Positions 36,341 through 46,552 are shown, numbered from the stretch's first letter. The stretch is DNA of 64,000 bases from an uncultured Candidatus Poseidoniales archaeon (GCA_905182515.1 CAJJBW010000001.1:146275-210274), one strand, 5' to 3'. Numbers and translations: made by a program. The notes: a model not told the origin generated them from the sequence alone.

Positions 36341-39300
36341 ATGAGTAACGCGAGCCAGTCCAAAAGAACAGCTTCTTTTCTAGTATTATTAATGATATTA
36401 ACTCCTGTATTAAGTTTGCAAACAAGTATGTTAGACACAAATCAAATTGATATTGAAAATAATTTCCAATTTAGAACTAATTCAAGTAATTCTGTAGTCG
36501 ATTGTGAATTAACAAATGTAACTATTACCGAGATTTATCACTATGGTAGTAACGAATGGTTCGAACTACATAATAGTGGTAATGAAACATGTGATTTGGG
36601 AGAATGGATAATCGGCGACAATGACGGATCTAATTTTCAGATTTCCAACGATACTAATATTACTTCTGATGGGTATATGTTATTCTCTAGAAGTAATAAT
36701 GATTTTAATTTCGACGTATCATGTTCTAATACAATGCTAATTGCAACTAGGGATGTTAGTTTTTCTAATGCAACCGACATAACCTCTTTGAGTTGTTACG
36801 GAGAATATGACGATAATTATTACACCACTAGTGGCGACGGCTCATGGGAGAATTGCAACGATGTGTGGGATTGGAATGAACCAGATGAGATGACTCCTAA
36901 TGCTACTAACTTATGCGCGGGTAATCCAATTATTTTATATGCCTTAGAATCGGATGGAACTTTAACCCAAAATCCAATTTCTATTAATAATGGAAGCTCA
37001 ACATTATTTTGGAATACAAGTAACTTACAAGATGGTCTTGAATACCAACTTTATTCAAATTGGAATTCTGAAACTTCATATGATTCCCAAACTAGTATTT
37101 TTATTGCAGATGGTTCAGATATAGAATTTAATTTAGATTCGAATCCATACTGGACCTGTGAAATTGGAATTAATGCATACATACTAAACCAATCTTCAGG
37201 TCAAACTGTAGAAAGATATACTAATGATTTAGACGTAAATTGCGATGTAGAAACGTCTCTTATATTGACGCATGTTTCCGATGGTTCAGAAGTAATTAGT
37301 GATGGATTCAATTTTAGCGGTAATAACTGGGGAGGAGACATTAAGTGGACAATTAGTAGTACAGAAATGAATATTCAAAATGATTACAAGTTGCAGGTAA
37401 TCATAAACCAAGACGATGAAGTAACATACTTCTCTCAAAGTGATTCCTGCGATAGCTGGCTAACATCTACTTCCTGTTTTATTGAAGAAAATTTTGTAGT
37501 TTATAACGAAACTTGCGACATATCAATTTTAGGATCATTCTACACAATTTCACCTTATGGATGGACAGAAATTGGAAGTAAAGAAATTAATGGTGTTGGC
37601 CTCTGTGATGGCGTTTCTGATGAGATTGAACCAGCAATTAGTCTATATATGAAAAATACTCTAAATGGTGAAACTTGGACAGAAGTTACAGATGACAATT
37701 ACGAACTTGATGAAAATACGACTACTCAAGAGTACTATTGGCAGTTTTCGGAATCTGCAATTGGTTCTGATGTAAGATTCCTATTCTATTATGAATATGA
37801 AAATGTAATGGATGAACAGTATAATTATGATGGCCTTCCAATATTTTGGAATGCTTCAATTAACGATTGCAATCCAAATATATATGCATATATCTATCTA
37901 TCCTCGCCAAATGGCGCTTCTCAAAACATCGATTATTGGTCCAGAACTATGTCTATAAGTTGTGAAGATTCAGAAGATATTGCTTTGCATATTCACAATG
38001 AAAGTAACTCCGACAATGACCTAGACAATGGAACAACAAATATGATCACAAATCTATCTAATCTTAATATTGGTGAAGAATACTTATTTGAGTGGTATTC
38101 ATATGAAAGTAGTTCATATACTGCTTCTAATGATGGTGCTGTTTATGGCGAGTATTATGACACATATACATTTACTCCTACATCTGAATTTGAATTAATT
38201 AATTGGGCTTTTGAAACACCTGGCCATTTATGTTCTATTACTATCTATTCTAATCTATATGTTATGTCAAACTTTTCTCAAGAATGGTGGCCCGTAGAAC
38301 AAATAGCAACTAATGATTGGCAGGAAGTAGATTATGCTAGCCTTGGTACTAGTGGCATCTGTGATGGTTCTGATATAGCCGAATTCAGCCCTGTAAATTT
38401 ATATTATAATTATGAAAATACATGGATTGAAGTAAACGAATCTACAAATTTATCTTCAGGAATTCATGATATGAAATGGCAAATTAGCGGTCTTAGCGAA
38501 GATATCAGCCTCTCACTTAACACCAATGTTGAGTATTATCTAAATAGTACTTATCATAGTTCATCCTACATTGGAAACGGAAATTTTGAATCTATTTGGG
38601 AACTAACTGTATCAGATTGGTCTTGTAATATCAATTATGAATTTGACTTGTATTTCTATACTATGAACGGAAATGGATATAATATTGACCAAGAAGTTGA
38701 CAATTCATTTATAGATGGGCCTTGCAACTCTCCAGTAGATGTTAGTAGTAGCAATGGCAATGAACCTAGCATGTCAGTGTCAGTTGTTGAAGGAAATACA
38801 GTAACTGAGATTGATTCAGGGAACCAGCTGAATGAAGGTGTAAATACCCTTAGATGGAATATTCAAGATCCAGTAGAAGATTATGAGCATTATATTCACA
38901 TGTATTTACAGTATAATGGAGCAAGACAAGAAATTTTATCCCATAGCTTCATTGCAGATTCTGGAGATATGTATGGAGATTGGACAATAGATATCCAAGA
39001 AGATGCGTGTGACTTGTATTTATTTTCAAGTTTATACGTTAAAGAGTATAATACTTGGGACCAAATCGACTCTCAAGGTATAAATATAGGTTATTCTGGA
39101 AATAATTCTGATTGTAATTACTCTACTCACCAATTTACAATTTCTGCATTAGATAATGAGACGTGGATTCAGAATCCAGATTCTCTAAATATCGGAATGA
39201 ATCAATTGAAATTCGACATCGAATCCCTTGATTTATTTGATAATATGACTTATTATATTAATACTAATTTTAATGGAATAGGATCAAATTCATTCAGTTT

Positions 39301-42300
39301 CTCTACATATTTTGATTTAGGCACTGGATCTTCAGTATCTCAATCTAATAACTATTATTATACTGGAGATGATATTTATTTCAATTTCACTGTAGAAGAA
39401 TGGACCTGTAGTGCTCAGGCGTCTTCACAAATTTACTATTTGACTCCTTACGGAGGTTGGGAAAATATTAGAAGTATGCCATCTGTTAATTTCGACGTTG
39501 ACGGTTGTTCAGCCCCGGCAGAACTGTCTCTATCACGCTTTATAGAGGGGGAATGGGAAGAAGACTTAGAAGGCCATAATACATTTGAATTAGAGGTAGG
39601 AGTAAATGAAATGTATTGGAACATGTCCAACTTAAATATGGAAGAAAAATATGAATTATATTTCTATGTTTATGAAAATAATAAATATACATATCAATCA
39701 GCAGGTGCTACTTTCTATCCTGAAGATTCTTCAATATCTTGGTATTTCCCATTAGATATAGAACAATCTAGTTGCAATTTACATGGTTATGGTACTTTAA
39801 GAATATATTCTGATGGTCATTTTAGAGATATTGATTCCATAACTTTCTATCCTGAAGAGCCATGTATTCCAGAGTTTGATATCACATTCCTAGATGACTC
39901 ATCATCTTGGTTAGATACATCAAATAACTCACTATCTCTTGGCACTAATCAAATGCTTTTTGATCTATCAAATTTAGGTCACGGAGATTATGAAATAGAC
40001 TATTATTGGAATAGTGAAAATACAGCAAACGGATGGTTCTATGATAACTATTTCACCGTAGATGAAAATAACAATGGTTTGTATTGGAATATGACTTTAG
40101 AAGAGACAGATTGTAATATATATATTGATATAAATGTTTATGATAGATCATACCAACGTAATGATTACATTGGAGGTTATAATAATGTTGAACTAATTGG
40201 CCCTTGTATGTTGCCATTCTCATTAGAAGTTGCAAATGCCGATGGAACTTTTGATGATGCCAATGATGATTCTTTAGTATCTGGTATAAATAATATGGTT
40301 TGGAATATTACTTATTTAGAAATTGGTAGTGATTACCGATTAAACTGGCACTGGTATTCAGCCACTGATAGTATGCAAACAGATTATGATTTTACTTACA
40401 ATGGTACAGATATATTCTGGGACTTAAACCTCTCAATTTGGGACTGCTATGTTAATATCAATGCTTACCTGTATAATGATAGTAATGGCGGTAATAATGA
40501 ATTTACTCAGTACTTAACATATAATCCAGAAGGATGCAAGGAAGGAGGAGTCATTAACCTTCAAGCAAATAGGTCTTATGGCTGGGATGATACTGATGAT
40601 AATACAAATGCTAATGATGGTATAAATGAACTTAGATGGAATGTAAATAACTTAGAAATAAATTATAGTTATACTTTAGAAGTGTTAGCTTATAATAATG
40701 GATATCTAATGGATTATACGACTACCACTTGGTATTCTTCTTCAGACAATGAAATAATAGAATTTACAATTGATATAGAAGAACAAACTACTTGCAACGT
40801 CAGATTTTCTGCTAGATTGTTTGTCGACTCCGGAATTAAATTAATTCAGGTTGACAATAGAGACTTCTATATTTATCCAGATTGTGATAATTCAGAAGAA
40901 TTTTGGACAATACCTGTTTTAGTATTGCAGGATGACGGCACATGGTCTGAAACACCCTTTTCTGAGAATGGCAATATTACAGTAAGATTAGATTTATCAA
41001 ATTTACAAAATGAAACAATGTATTACATCAATGGCTATGTTTCTAATGATTATACATCTGAATCCTTTAATTGGAATGACTTTTACCCTTCTGATGAACC
41101 AAATTATATAGATTTGGAAATTACATCTGACCAGTGGACCTGCGAAATTTCAGTATATGTTCACTTACATATGTATACAATTACAGGTAATGAGCACGTC
41201 AGTATCCCACAATATTATATAGATACTCCATGTATAGATATTGGCGAAATTGAATTAGATTATAATGGGCAACAATCCTCATCTAATAATATAAATTTAC
41301 AAAATGGTACCAACAATATGACATGGGATTTAACAGAGTTAATAAATAATCAATCATACACCTTAGAATGGAAAACTCAATACAACAATGATATTGTCGA
41401 CTATCAATACGAAACATGGTTTACTGGTAATGATACAAATGCTACATTTGAATGGATTTTAGAGTTAGATACAGAAATAACATGCAATGTAAATATCGAC
41501 TATAGAATTTTTATAGATATATCTTCAGACTCTTCTCTAGACTGGAAAGAAATGATAAATATGAATTATTACGATAGCATTAGTTGTAATGAATATGTTT
41601 ACCCAGATAACTATTACTTGAACTTACACGCTGAAATTAATGGTACAATGGTGGAAGATCCAGAGACTCTCCCTTCAGGAGAAGTAAACTTTGAACTACA
41701 CTTCGAAAACATGTCAGTTGGTGCTGATTACAGAATGTATTTCTATTACAGTAATACAGGATTTAATAGTAATTCTCAATACATATATTTCACATACGAT
41801 GGCTCTCCAATGGAGATGACTATCGACATCGCTCCTTGGGCATGTGATGTTTACTTTAATTGGGATATGTATTTGTTAGACTTTAGATATGATTCTGGAA
41901 ATAGTTACAACGAGTGGTATCTAGGAAATGATAATTTCTACATCGACGGCCCTTGTGAAACTTTGAATTATGACAGTTCTGACTACCCTAATTTCACAGT
42001 AACAGATGATGCTGGAAATGATATTGATGATGATACTGATTTCTCAACAGGAAACAACACAATCATACTTGGAGCAGATAATCTACAGAATGATTTCCCT
42101 TATTATATGGAATTACAAGTACGTTATGACGGATATCTAAATATCTTCAATACTCATAGATTTATAGGAAACAACACAACTGCAGAAGAGTTTGTAGTGA
42201 CATTAGATATTCCCGGACATGTATGTAATGTAGAAGTAAGATCTTACTTCTATGTAATTACTTCAAGTGGAAGTAATCAGATGAACTCCACAAATCACTA

Positions 42301-45300
42301 TGCAGATGGACCATGTGATGGATCAGATGGAGATAGCCGAATCAATACTCCATTACACGCGTACATCAACGGAACATGGGTTGAAGTTGATGATGATACT
42401 TTCTTCCCTACTGGAGATACAGACTTGTCTTGGAATCTTAGCGCATTAGATCCAGATACATACTATTACATGAATTTCAATGCAGCTAATTCTGGATGGA
42501 GTGGATACTTCTATGGAGATGATATCCCAGATTATCTATCAGATTGGACAATGACTCTGAGTGAGTTTAAATGTGATATGTATATCTATAATTCTATCTA
42601 TGCAATCAGTGATTATACTGGTTGGAATGATTTCGGCAGTGACTACTTATATCCAAACAATGATTGTCTAGATGGTGGAGATATTACTCTAGAAGCTCAA
42701 GATGATGAAGGCAATTGGAGCTCACTAACATCTTATGGTTTTGATCTATTACCAGGAACAACAAACTTCTCTTGGTCATTAGATAATCTATTAGAAGGAT
42801 ATGATTATGAATTTTATTGGTATCAACAAGGATCAGATTATGTATCTGAATACCAATATTTCACTGCAGATTCTAATGGTTCAGAATCACTTGATTTCTC
42901 AATAACAATAGATCAATACGAGTGTAACGTGTATTTCTATGCATACTTGAGACCAATGTCTGAATATACTGATACGTATGAAGAAACAGAAAGTTTCTCC
43001 TTTTGGCCAAACACACCATGCTATCCTCCATTCAACGTTGCTGCAGAAGATGCTGCAGGTGATTTGACTTTGGATGCATTAGATCCTGACTTTGTACTAA
43101 GCCCAGGAGATAATCACTTATTCTTTGACTTCAATCATATGGATAATGGAACAACATACTACCTAGATTGGTACTGGAGCTCCCAGAATAGCTGGAATGG
43201 CTGGTATCAAAACTATATCTATGTAGATACTTCAGACAATATCTCTGATGGTCTACATTTCAATATGACTTTGGATCAAATGGAATGTTATGCTTATGTT
43301 TATGTGAACGTGTATAATTATTCTAATGGTAATTCAAACCACATGGGAGCCTATGACATTAATTTCGAAGGACCTTGTATGGTACCATTCGATCTAGATG
43401 GTATACCTGAGAATAATATTATTGATATCGGTGAAAATAATTATACTTGGAATCTTGATAATCTAGATACAGGTAGCAATTATTCTTTAGAGTATTATTA
43501 TTCTATGAATTCAGGATGGTATGGTTTTTATAATCACGACTTTACATTCAATGGTACGGAAGAATTTATTGATTTCAGTATGAATGTTACCGAGTGGGAT
43601 TGCAATGTAAACATCAATGCAAATATTTACAATACAACAGATGGAAATATGAATTATATATATGGAGAATCCTGGAACTTGTATAATCCAAATTGTTATC
43701 AAGTTGATTATTATGCATTAGATTCTGATGGAGATTGGATTCAATATAATAATATTGACGCAGGAACTACTGAATTATTCTGGGAAATAAACTACATGAA
43801 TGAAAATGTTCCAACCGGATATGAATTTAAATTACAATATGAAGTAGTAACAGATTATGATTGGTCTAATTCGATTCAGTATAGCATTAATTGGACACAA
43901 GACGATAATACAATACAACAACTACCATGGAGTATTAGCATTAATGAGTTTGTATGCAACGTCTATGTAACTTCCAATTTATATGTAAATACATCAAATG
44001 GATGGTCGAGTGTTAGAGGATCCGGATTCGATCTCTACGCTCCTTGTGAACCAATGCCTTCAGGATGGTATAACTTCTCTATGAATGATAACGGAACTTG
44101 GGATCAATTGTATGACGGCTGGAATCACATGATTCAAGAAGAGGGAGTTTATGAAATGAGATGGAATGTAATGGACCTTGATATCGGAGTTACATACGAA
44201 ATGTCTTGGGTTGCGTATGCATTTGGGCACGAATTATCAAGTTATTCATTGCAATGGAATGCAACAGATAGTAATGGCACAATAGATTTTAACATCACTA
44301 TTCCACATTGGTATTGTGGTATGGAATTTGAGTCTAAATTGTCCTTCGATAATGATGGTACAATGTTTGACATAGCATCTAACTATTATTATGAAGAAGG
44401 TCCTTGCAATTCTTCTATTGAGGAATTCACAGATGCAGTCAATGTTGATTTAGATTTGATACTTATTAATGATAATATATATTCTCAAAATTATGAACTT
44501 ATGATACCATTTGGCTATACTCTTAATGATGAAATAAAACTATACTTAGATGCGGTATTTGGTAATATGGATGGTATTCTAAACGCATCAGAGGCAACCA
44601 TGGCAGAGAATTCATTTAATTCACAAACAAATGGTACTGAAGAGACAACTCCGGAATTCGCATTGAACGGAGTAAATTTGACTAGTTTCACATTTAATCC
44701 AGCAATTCTAAGTAATTTAACAGGAACTCCAACGCTTACTGGATCATGGATTTTAGAATATTTCCATATATATGGTGTTGAAGTAACTTTAACAATTGAA
44801 CTTGAATCTGAAGAAGAAATTGAATGGTATTTCAATATCTTAGAAAACTTAGACCTTATGGTGGAATCTGTTAAGGTTACAGATAGTGAGAATGTATCTA
44901 TGATGCTATCAAATAGCTTTAATCTTACATCTGGAAATTATTCGCTGAACATTACTTGGTTATTGGCTAATATTCCAGATCCAAATTTAGAATTAGAACA
45001 ACTTGATCTAGTTTCTGAGGAGTTTGATGAATTAACAAATATAATGGATGAGAGTTTCAATGTGACTATCCATACTTTCCAGATAAATCTAACTAATTTG
45101 AGCCATCAAGATTATTTAATCACCTACAATGTACATGTTGATGAATATTATGATGATAACGTATCATATGATATTAACCAAGAAGTGAACAATGACATCA
45201 GAAACTTTACTTTACTATCGAATATACACACGTGTAGTGCTTTAATTTCTATTGAAGTGTATGATAGAAATAATGAACAGGTACTTAGTGAAAATTACAC

Positions 45301-46489
45301 ATTAGAAGGTACATGTCAACCATATGATTATGATATGGACGGTATTTCTAATGAAGATGATGCATTCCCATTCGATGCAAGTGAATGGCTAGATACAGAT
45401 GGAGATGGTTATGGAGACAACTCAGATGCATTCCCTAATGATTCAAACGAGTCATTAGATACTGACGGAGATGGAATTGGAAATAACGCTGATGATGACG
45501 ATGATGGCGATGGAATAGATGATGAATCAGATAATGATAACGATGATGATGGAGTTTCTGACGATTATGACGTATTCCCTTACGATCCAACTGAATGGTC
45601 TGATGATGACGGTGACGGAGTTGGAGACAATTCCGATGTTTTCCCTTACGATCTAACTGAATGGTCAGATTATGATGGCGATGGAATTGGAGATAACTCT
45701 GATGACGATTCTGATGGCGATGGAGTGCCTAATGATGTCGACGATCTACCTTTCAATAGTGAAGAATCATCCGATACTGACGGCGATGGAGTAGGGAATA
45801 ATAATGATGCATTCCCTAACGACCCTGATGAACAATTAGATACTGATGGTGACGGAGTTGGAGATAATGCTGACGGTGATGATGATGGTGACGGAGTTGG
45901 AGATAACTCCGATGCATTCCCATTAGATTCAACTGAAACAACCGATACTGATGGTGACGGATTTGGAGATAATGTAGACCAATTCCCCACAGATTCCAAT
46001 GAAAATACTGATAGTGATGGAGATAATGTTGGAAATAACGCTGATGCATTCCCCAGTAACCAAAATGAATGGGCAGATTCTGATGGTGACGGAGTTGGAG
46101 ATAACTCCGATGTGTTCCCATCTAATGCAGCTGAAACTACAGATACAGATTCTGATGGATTTGGAGATAACTCCGATGAATTCCCTAATAATGCTAACGA
46201 ATGGATTGATACAGATGATGATGGAGTTGGTGATAATGCTGATTTATTCCCAAGCAATATTAATGAATGGGCAGATTCTGATTCTGATGGAACTGGAGAC
46301 AATTCCGATGCATTCCCTGACGATGATTCAGAAACAGAGGATACAGATGGCGATGGTATTGGAGACAATGCACAAGCCGCTGCTGAAGAGGCCGATAAAG
46401 ACGGATTTTTACCAGGATTTTCATCAATAATGGGTGCAGTATCTATGTTGGGTGCCGCAATATTAGTAGCCGGACGACGAAAAGACTGA
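36341..46489 (+). CDS. 3382-aa acidic secreted cell-surface giant (signal peptide, LTD, repeat modules, TSP3 repeats, PGF-CTERM)
   Basis: Single uninterrupted ORF. See the sub-features below for the domain evidence. Confidence 0.9.
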   Translation: MSNASQSKRTASFLVLLMILTPVLSLQTSMLDTNQIDIENNFQFRTNSSNSVVDCELTNVTITEIYHYGSNEWFELHNSGNETCDLGEWIIGDNDGSNFQISNDTNITSDGYMLFSRSNNDFNFDVSCSNTMLIATRDVSFSNATDITSLSCYGEYDDNYYTTSGDGSWENCNDVWDWNEPDEMTPNATNLCAGNPIILYALESDGTLTQNPISINNGSSTLFWNTSNLQDGLEYQLYSNWNSETSYDSQTSIFIADGSDIEFNLDSNPYWTCEIGINAYILNQSSGQTVERYTNDLDVNCDVETSLILTHVSDGSEVISDGFNFSGNNWGGDIKWTISSTEMNIQNDYKLQVIINQDDEVTYFSQSDSCDSWLTSTSCFIEENFVVYNETCDISILGSFYTISPYGWTEIGSKEINGVGLCDGVSDEIEPAISLYMKNTLNGETWTEVTDDNYELDENTTTQEYYWQFSESAIGSDVRFLFYYEYENVMDEQYNYDGLPIFWNASINDCNPNIYAYIYLSSPNGASQNIDYWSRTMSISCEDSEDIALHIHNESNSDNDLDNGTTNMITNLSNLNIGEEYLFEWYSYESSSYTASNDGAVYGEYYDTYTFTPTSEFELINWAFETPGHLCSITIYSNLYVMSNFSQEWWPVEQIATNDWQEVDYASLGTSGICDGSDIAEFSPVNLYYNYENTWIEVNESTNLSSGIHDMKWQISGLSEDISLSLNTNVEYYLNSTYHSSSYIGNGNFESIWELTVSDWSCNINYEFDLYFYTMNGNGYNIDQEVDNSFIDGPCNSPVDVSSSNGNEPSMSVSVVEGNTVTEIDSGNQLNEGVNTLRWNIQDPVEDYEHYIHMYLQYNGARQEILSHSFIADSGDMYGDWTIDIQEDACDLYLFSSLYVKEYNTWDQIDSQGINIGYSGNNSDCNYSTHQFTISALDNETWIQNPDSLNIGMNQLKFDIESLDLFDNMTYYINTNFNGIGSNSFSFSTYFDLGTGSSVSQSNNYYYTGDDIYFNFTVEEWTCSAQASSQIYYLTPYGGWENIRSMPSVNFDVDGCSAPAELSLSRFIEGEWEEDLEGHNTFELEVGVNEMYWNMSNLNMEEKYELYFYVYENNKYTYQSAGATFYPEDSSISWYFPLDIEQSSCNLHGYGTLRIYSDGHFRDIDSITFYPEEPCIPEFDITFLDDSSSWLDTSNNSLSLGTNQMLFDLSNLGHGDYEIDYYWNSENTANGWFYDNYFTVDENNNGLYWNMTLEETDCNIYIDINVYDRSYQRNDYIGGYNNVELIGPCMLPFSLEVANADGTFDDANDDSLVSGINNMVWNITYLEIGSDYRLNWHWYSATDSMQTDYDFTYNGTDIFWDLNLSIWDCYVNINAYLYNDSNGGNNEFTQYLTYNPEGCKEGGVINLQANRSYGWDDTDDNTNANDGINELRWNVNNLEINYSYTLEVLAYNNGYLMDYTTTTWYSSSDNEIIEFTIDIEEQTTCNVRFSARLFVDSGIKLIQVDNRDFYIYPDCDNSEEFWTIPVLVLQDDGTWSETPFSENGNITVRLDLSNLQNETMYYINGYVSNDYTSESFNWNDFYPSDEPNYIDLEITSDQWTCEISVYVHLHMYTITGNEHVSIPQYYIDTPCIDIGEIELDYNGQQSSSNNINLQNGTNNMTWDLTELINNQSYTLEWKTQYNNDIVDYQYETWFTGNDTNATFEWILELDTEITCNVNIDYRIFIDISSDSSLDWKEMINMNYYDSISCNEYVYPDNYYLNLHAEINGTMVEDPETLPSGEVNFELHFENMSVGADYRMYFYYSNTGFNSNSQYIYFTYDGSPMEMTIDIAPWACDVYFNWDMYLLDFRYDSGNSYNEWYLGNDNFYIDGPCETLNYDSSDYPNFTVTDDAGNDIDDDTDFSTGNNTIILGADNLQNDFPYYMELQVRYDGYLNIFNTHRFIGNNTTAEEFVVTLDIPGHVCNVEVRSYFYVITSSGSNQMNSTNHYADGPCDGSDGDSRINTPLHAYINGTWVEVDDDTFFPTGDTDLSWNLSALDPDTYYYMNFNAANSGWSGYFYGDDIPDYLSDWTMTLSEFKCDMYIYNSIYAISDYTGWNDFGSDYLYPNNDCLDGGDITLEAQDDEGNWSSLTSYGFDLLPGTTNFSWSLDNLLEGYDYEFYWYQQGSDYVSEYQYFTADSNGSESLDFSITIDQYECNVYFYAYLRPMSEYTDTYEETESFSFWPNTPCYPPFNVAAEDAAGDLTLDALDPDFVLSPGDNHLFFDFNHMDNGTTYYLDWYWSSQNSWNGWYQNYIYVDTSDNISDGLHFNMTLDQMECYAYVYVNVYNYSNGNSNHMGAYDINFEGPCMVPFDLDGIPENNIIDIGENNYTWNLDNLDTGSNYSLEYYYSMNSGWYGFYNHDFTFNGTEEFIDFSMNVTEWDCNVNINANIYNTTDGNMNYIYGESWNLYNPNCYQVDYYALDSDGDWIQYNNIDAGTTELFWEINYMNENVPTGYEFKLQYEVVTDYDWSNSIQYSINWTQDDNTIQQLPWSISINEFVCNVYVTSNLYVNTSNGWSSVRGSGFDLYAPCEPMPSGWYNFSMNDNGTWDQLYDGWNHMIQEEGVYEMRWNVMDLDIGVTYEMSWVAYAFGHELSSYSLQWNATDSNGTIDFNITIPHWYCGMEFESKLSFDNDGTMFDIASNYYYEEGPCNSSIEEFTDAVNVDLDLILINDNIYSQNYELMIPFGYTLNDEIKLYLDAVFGNMDGILNASEATMAENSFNSQTNGTEETTPEFALNGVNLTSFTFNPAILSNLTGTPTLTGSWILEYFHIYGVEVTLTIELESEEEIEWYFNILENLDLMVESVKVTDSENVSMMLSNSFNLTSGNYSLNITWLLANIPDPNLELEQLDLVSEEFDELTNIMDESFNVTIHTFQINLTNLSHQDYLITYNVHVDEYYDDNVSYDINQEVNNDIRNFTLLSNIHTCSALISIEVYDRNNEQVLSENYTLEGTCQPYDYDMDGISNEDDAFPFDASEWLDTDGDGYGDNSDAFPNDSNESLDTDGDGIGNNADDDDDGDGIDDESDNDNDDDGVSDDYDVFPYDPTEWSDDDGDGVGDNSDVFPYDLTEWSDYDGDGIGDNSDDDSDGDGVPNDVDDLPFNSEESSDTDGDGVGNNNDAFPNDPDEQLDTDGDGVGDNADGDDDGDGVGDNSDAFPLDSTETTDTDGDGFGDNVDQFPTDSNENTDSDGDNVGNNADAFPSNQNEWADSDGDGVGDNSDVFPSNAAETTDTDSDGFGDNSDEFPNNANEWIDTDDDGVGDNADLFPSNINEWADSDSDGTGDNSDAFPDDDSETEDTDGDGIGDNAQAAAEEADKDGFLPGFSSIMGAVSMLGAAILVAGRRKD
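36503..36800 (+). other. Lamin-tail-like domain (LTD) within the giant protein
   Basis: 'VTITEIYHYGSNEWFELHNSGNETCDLGEWIIGDNDGSNFQI...GYMLFSRS' matches the LTD signature (I-EI...-EWIEL-N....DLSGW-L-D). Confidence 0.6.
36920..45322 (+). repeat. About 22 divergent tandem protein modules (~120 aa each) with two conserved Cys; one Cys-free ~280-aa spacer precedes the last module
   Basis: Recurrent '[LM]xW[ND][ILMV]xxL....Y' entry, 'WxC[ND][VI]x[IVF]....[LIV]Y' core and '[GTA]PC' exit. Examples are 'YWTCEIGINAYIL', 'TEWDCNVNINANIY', 'DQYECNVYFYAYL' and 'FIDGPC'/'FEGPC'/'ADGPC'. Confidence 0.8.
45323..46369 (+). repeat. About 18 thrombospondin-type-3-like Ca-binding repeats (DxDxDGxGDNxD-xFPxD)
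   Basis: 'DTDGDGVGDNSDAFPND'-type units repeated. At DNA level, 'ggtgacggagttggagataa' recurs several times. Confidence 0.85.
46400..46486 (+). other. PGF-CTERM archaeal sorting/anchor signal
   Basis: Extreme C-terminus 'DGFLPGFSSIMGAVSMLGAAILVAGRRKD': a PGF tripeptide, a hydrophobic helix and a basic end. Confidence 0.75.
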
Positions 46490-46492
46490 TTT

Positions 46493-46552
46493 GCCCTAAA
46501 TGGGCACTTCAGTACCTCGTGAGAACCAGATAGTGGCAACCTTATTTTTTTT
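46493..46552 (+). terminator. Short hairpin plus T8 tract downstream of the giant gene
   Basis: GCCC-TAAAT-GGGC at 46493-46505, and 'tttttttt' at 46545-46552. Oligo-T is the usual archaeal termination signal. Confidence 0.5.

Noticed and set aside
45323-46369. Periodic DNA repeats that could superficially resemble a CRISPR-like array
   Set aside because: The units are in frame within a long ORF and encode a recognisable Ca-binding motif. The period is irregular, and there are no unique spacers, no leader and no cas genes.
45670-46539. 289-aa minus-strand ORF (Ser/Pro-rich 'SPSPS...') and the nested ORFs 45816-46121 (-) and 45999-46430 (+)
   Set aside because: They lie entirely antisense to, or out of frame with, the TSP3 repeat region of the giant gene. 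The GAT/GAC/GGT-rich periodic coding sequence keeps alternative frames open. Their composition is low complexity and there is no independent start context.
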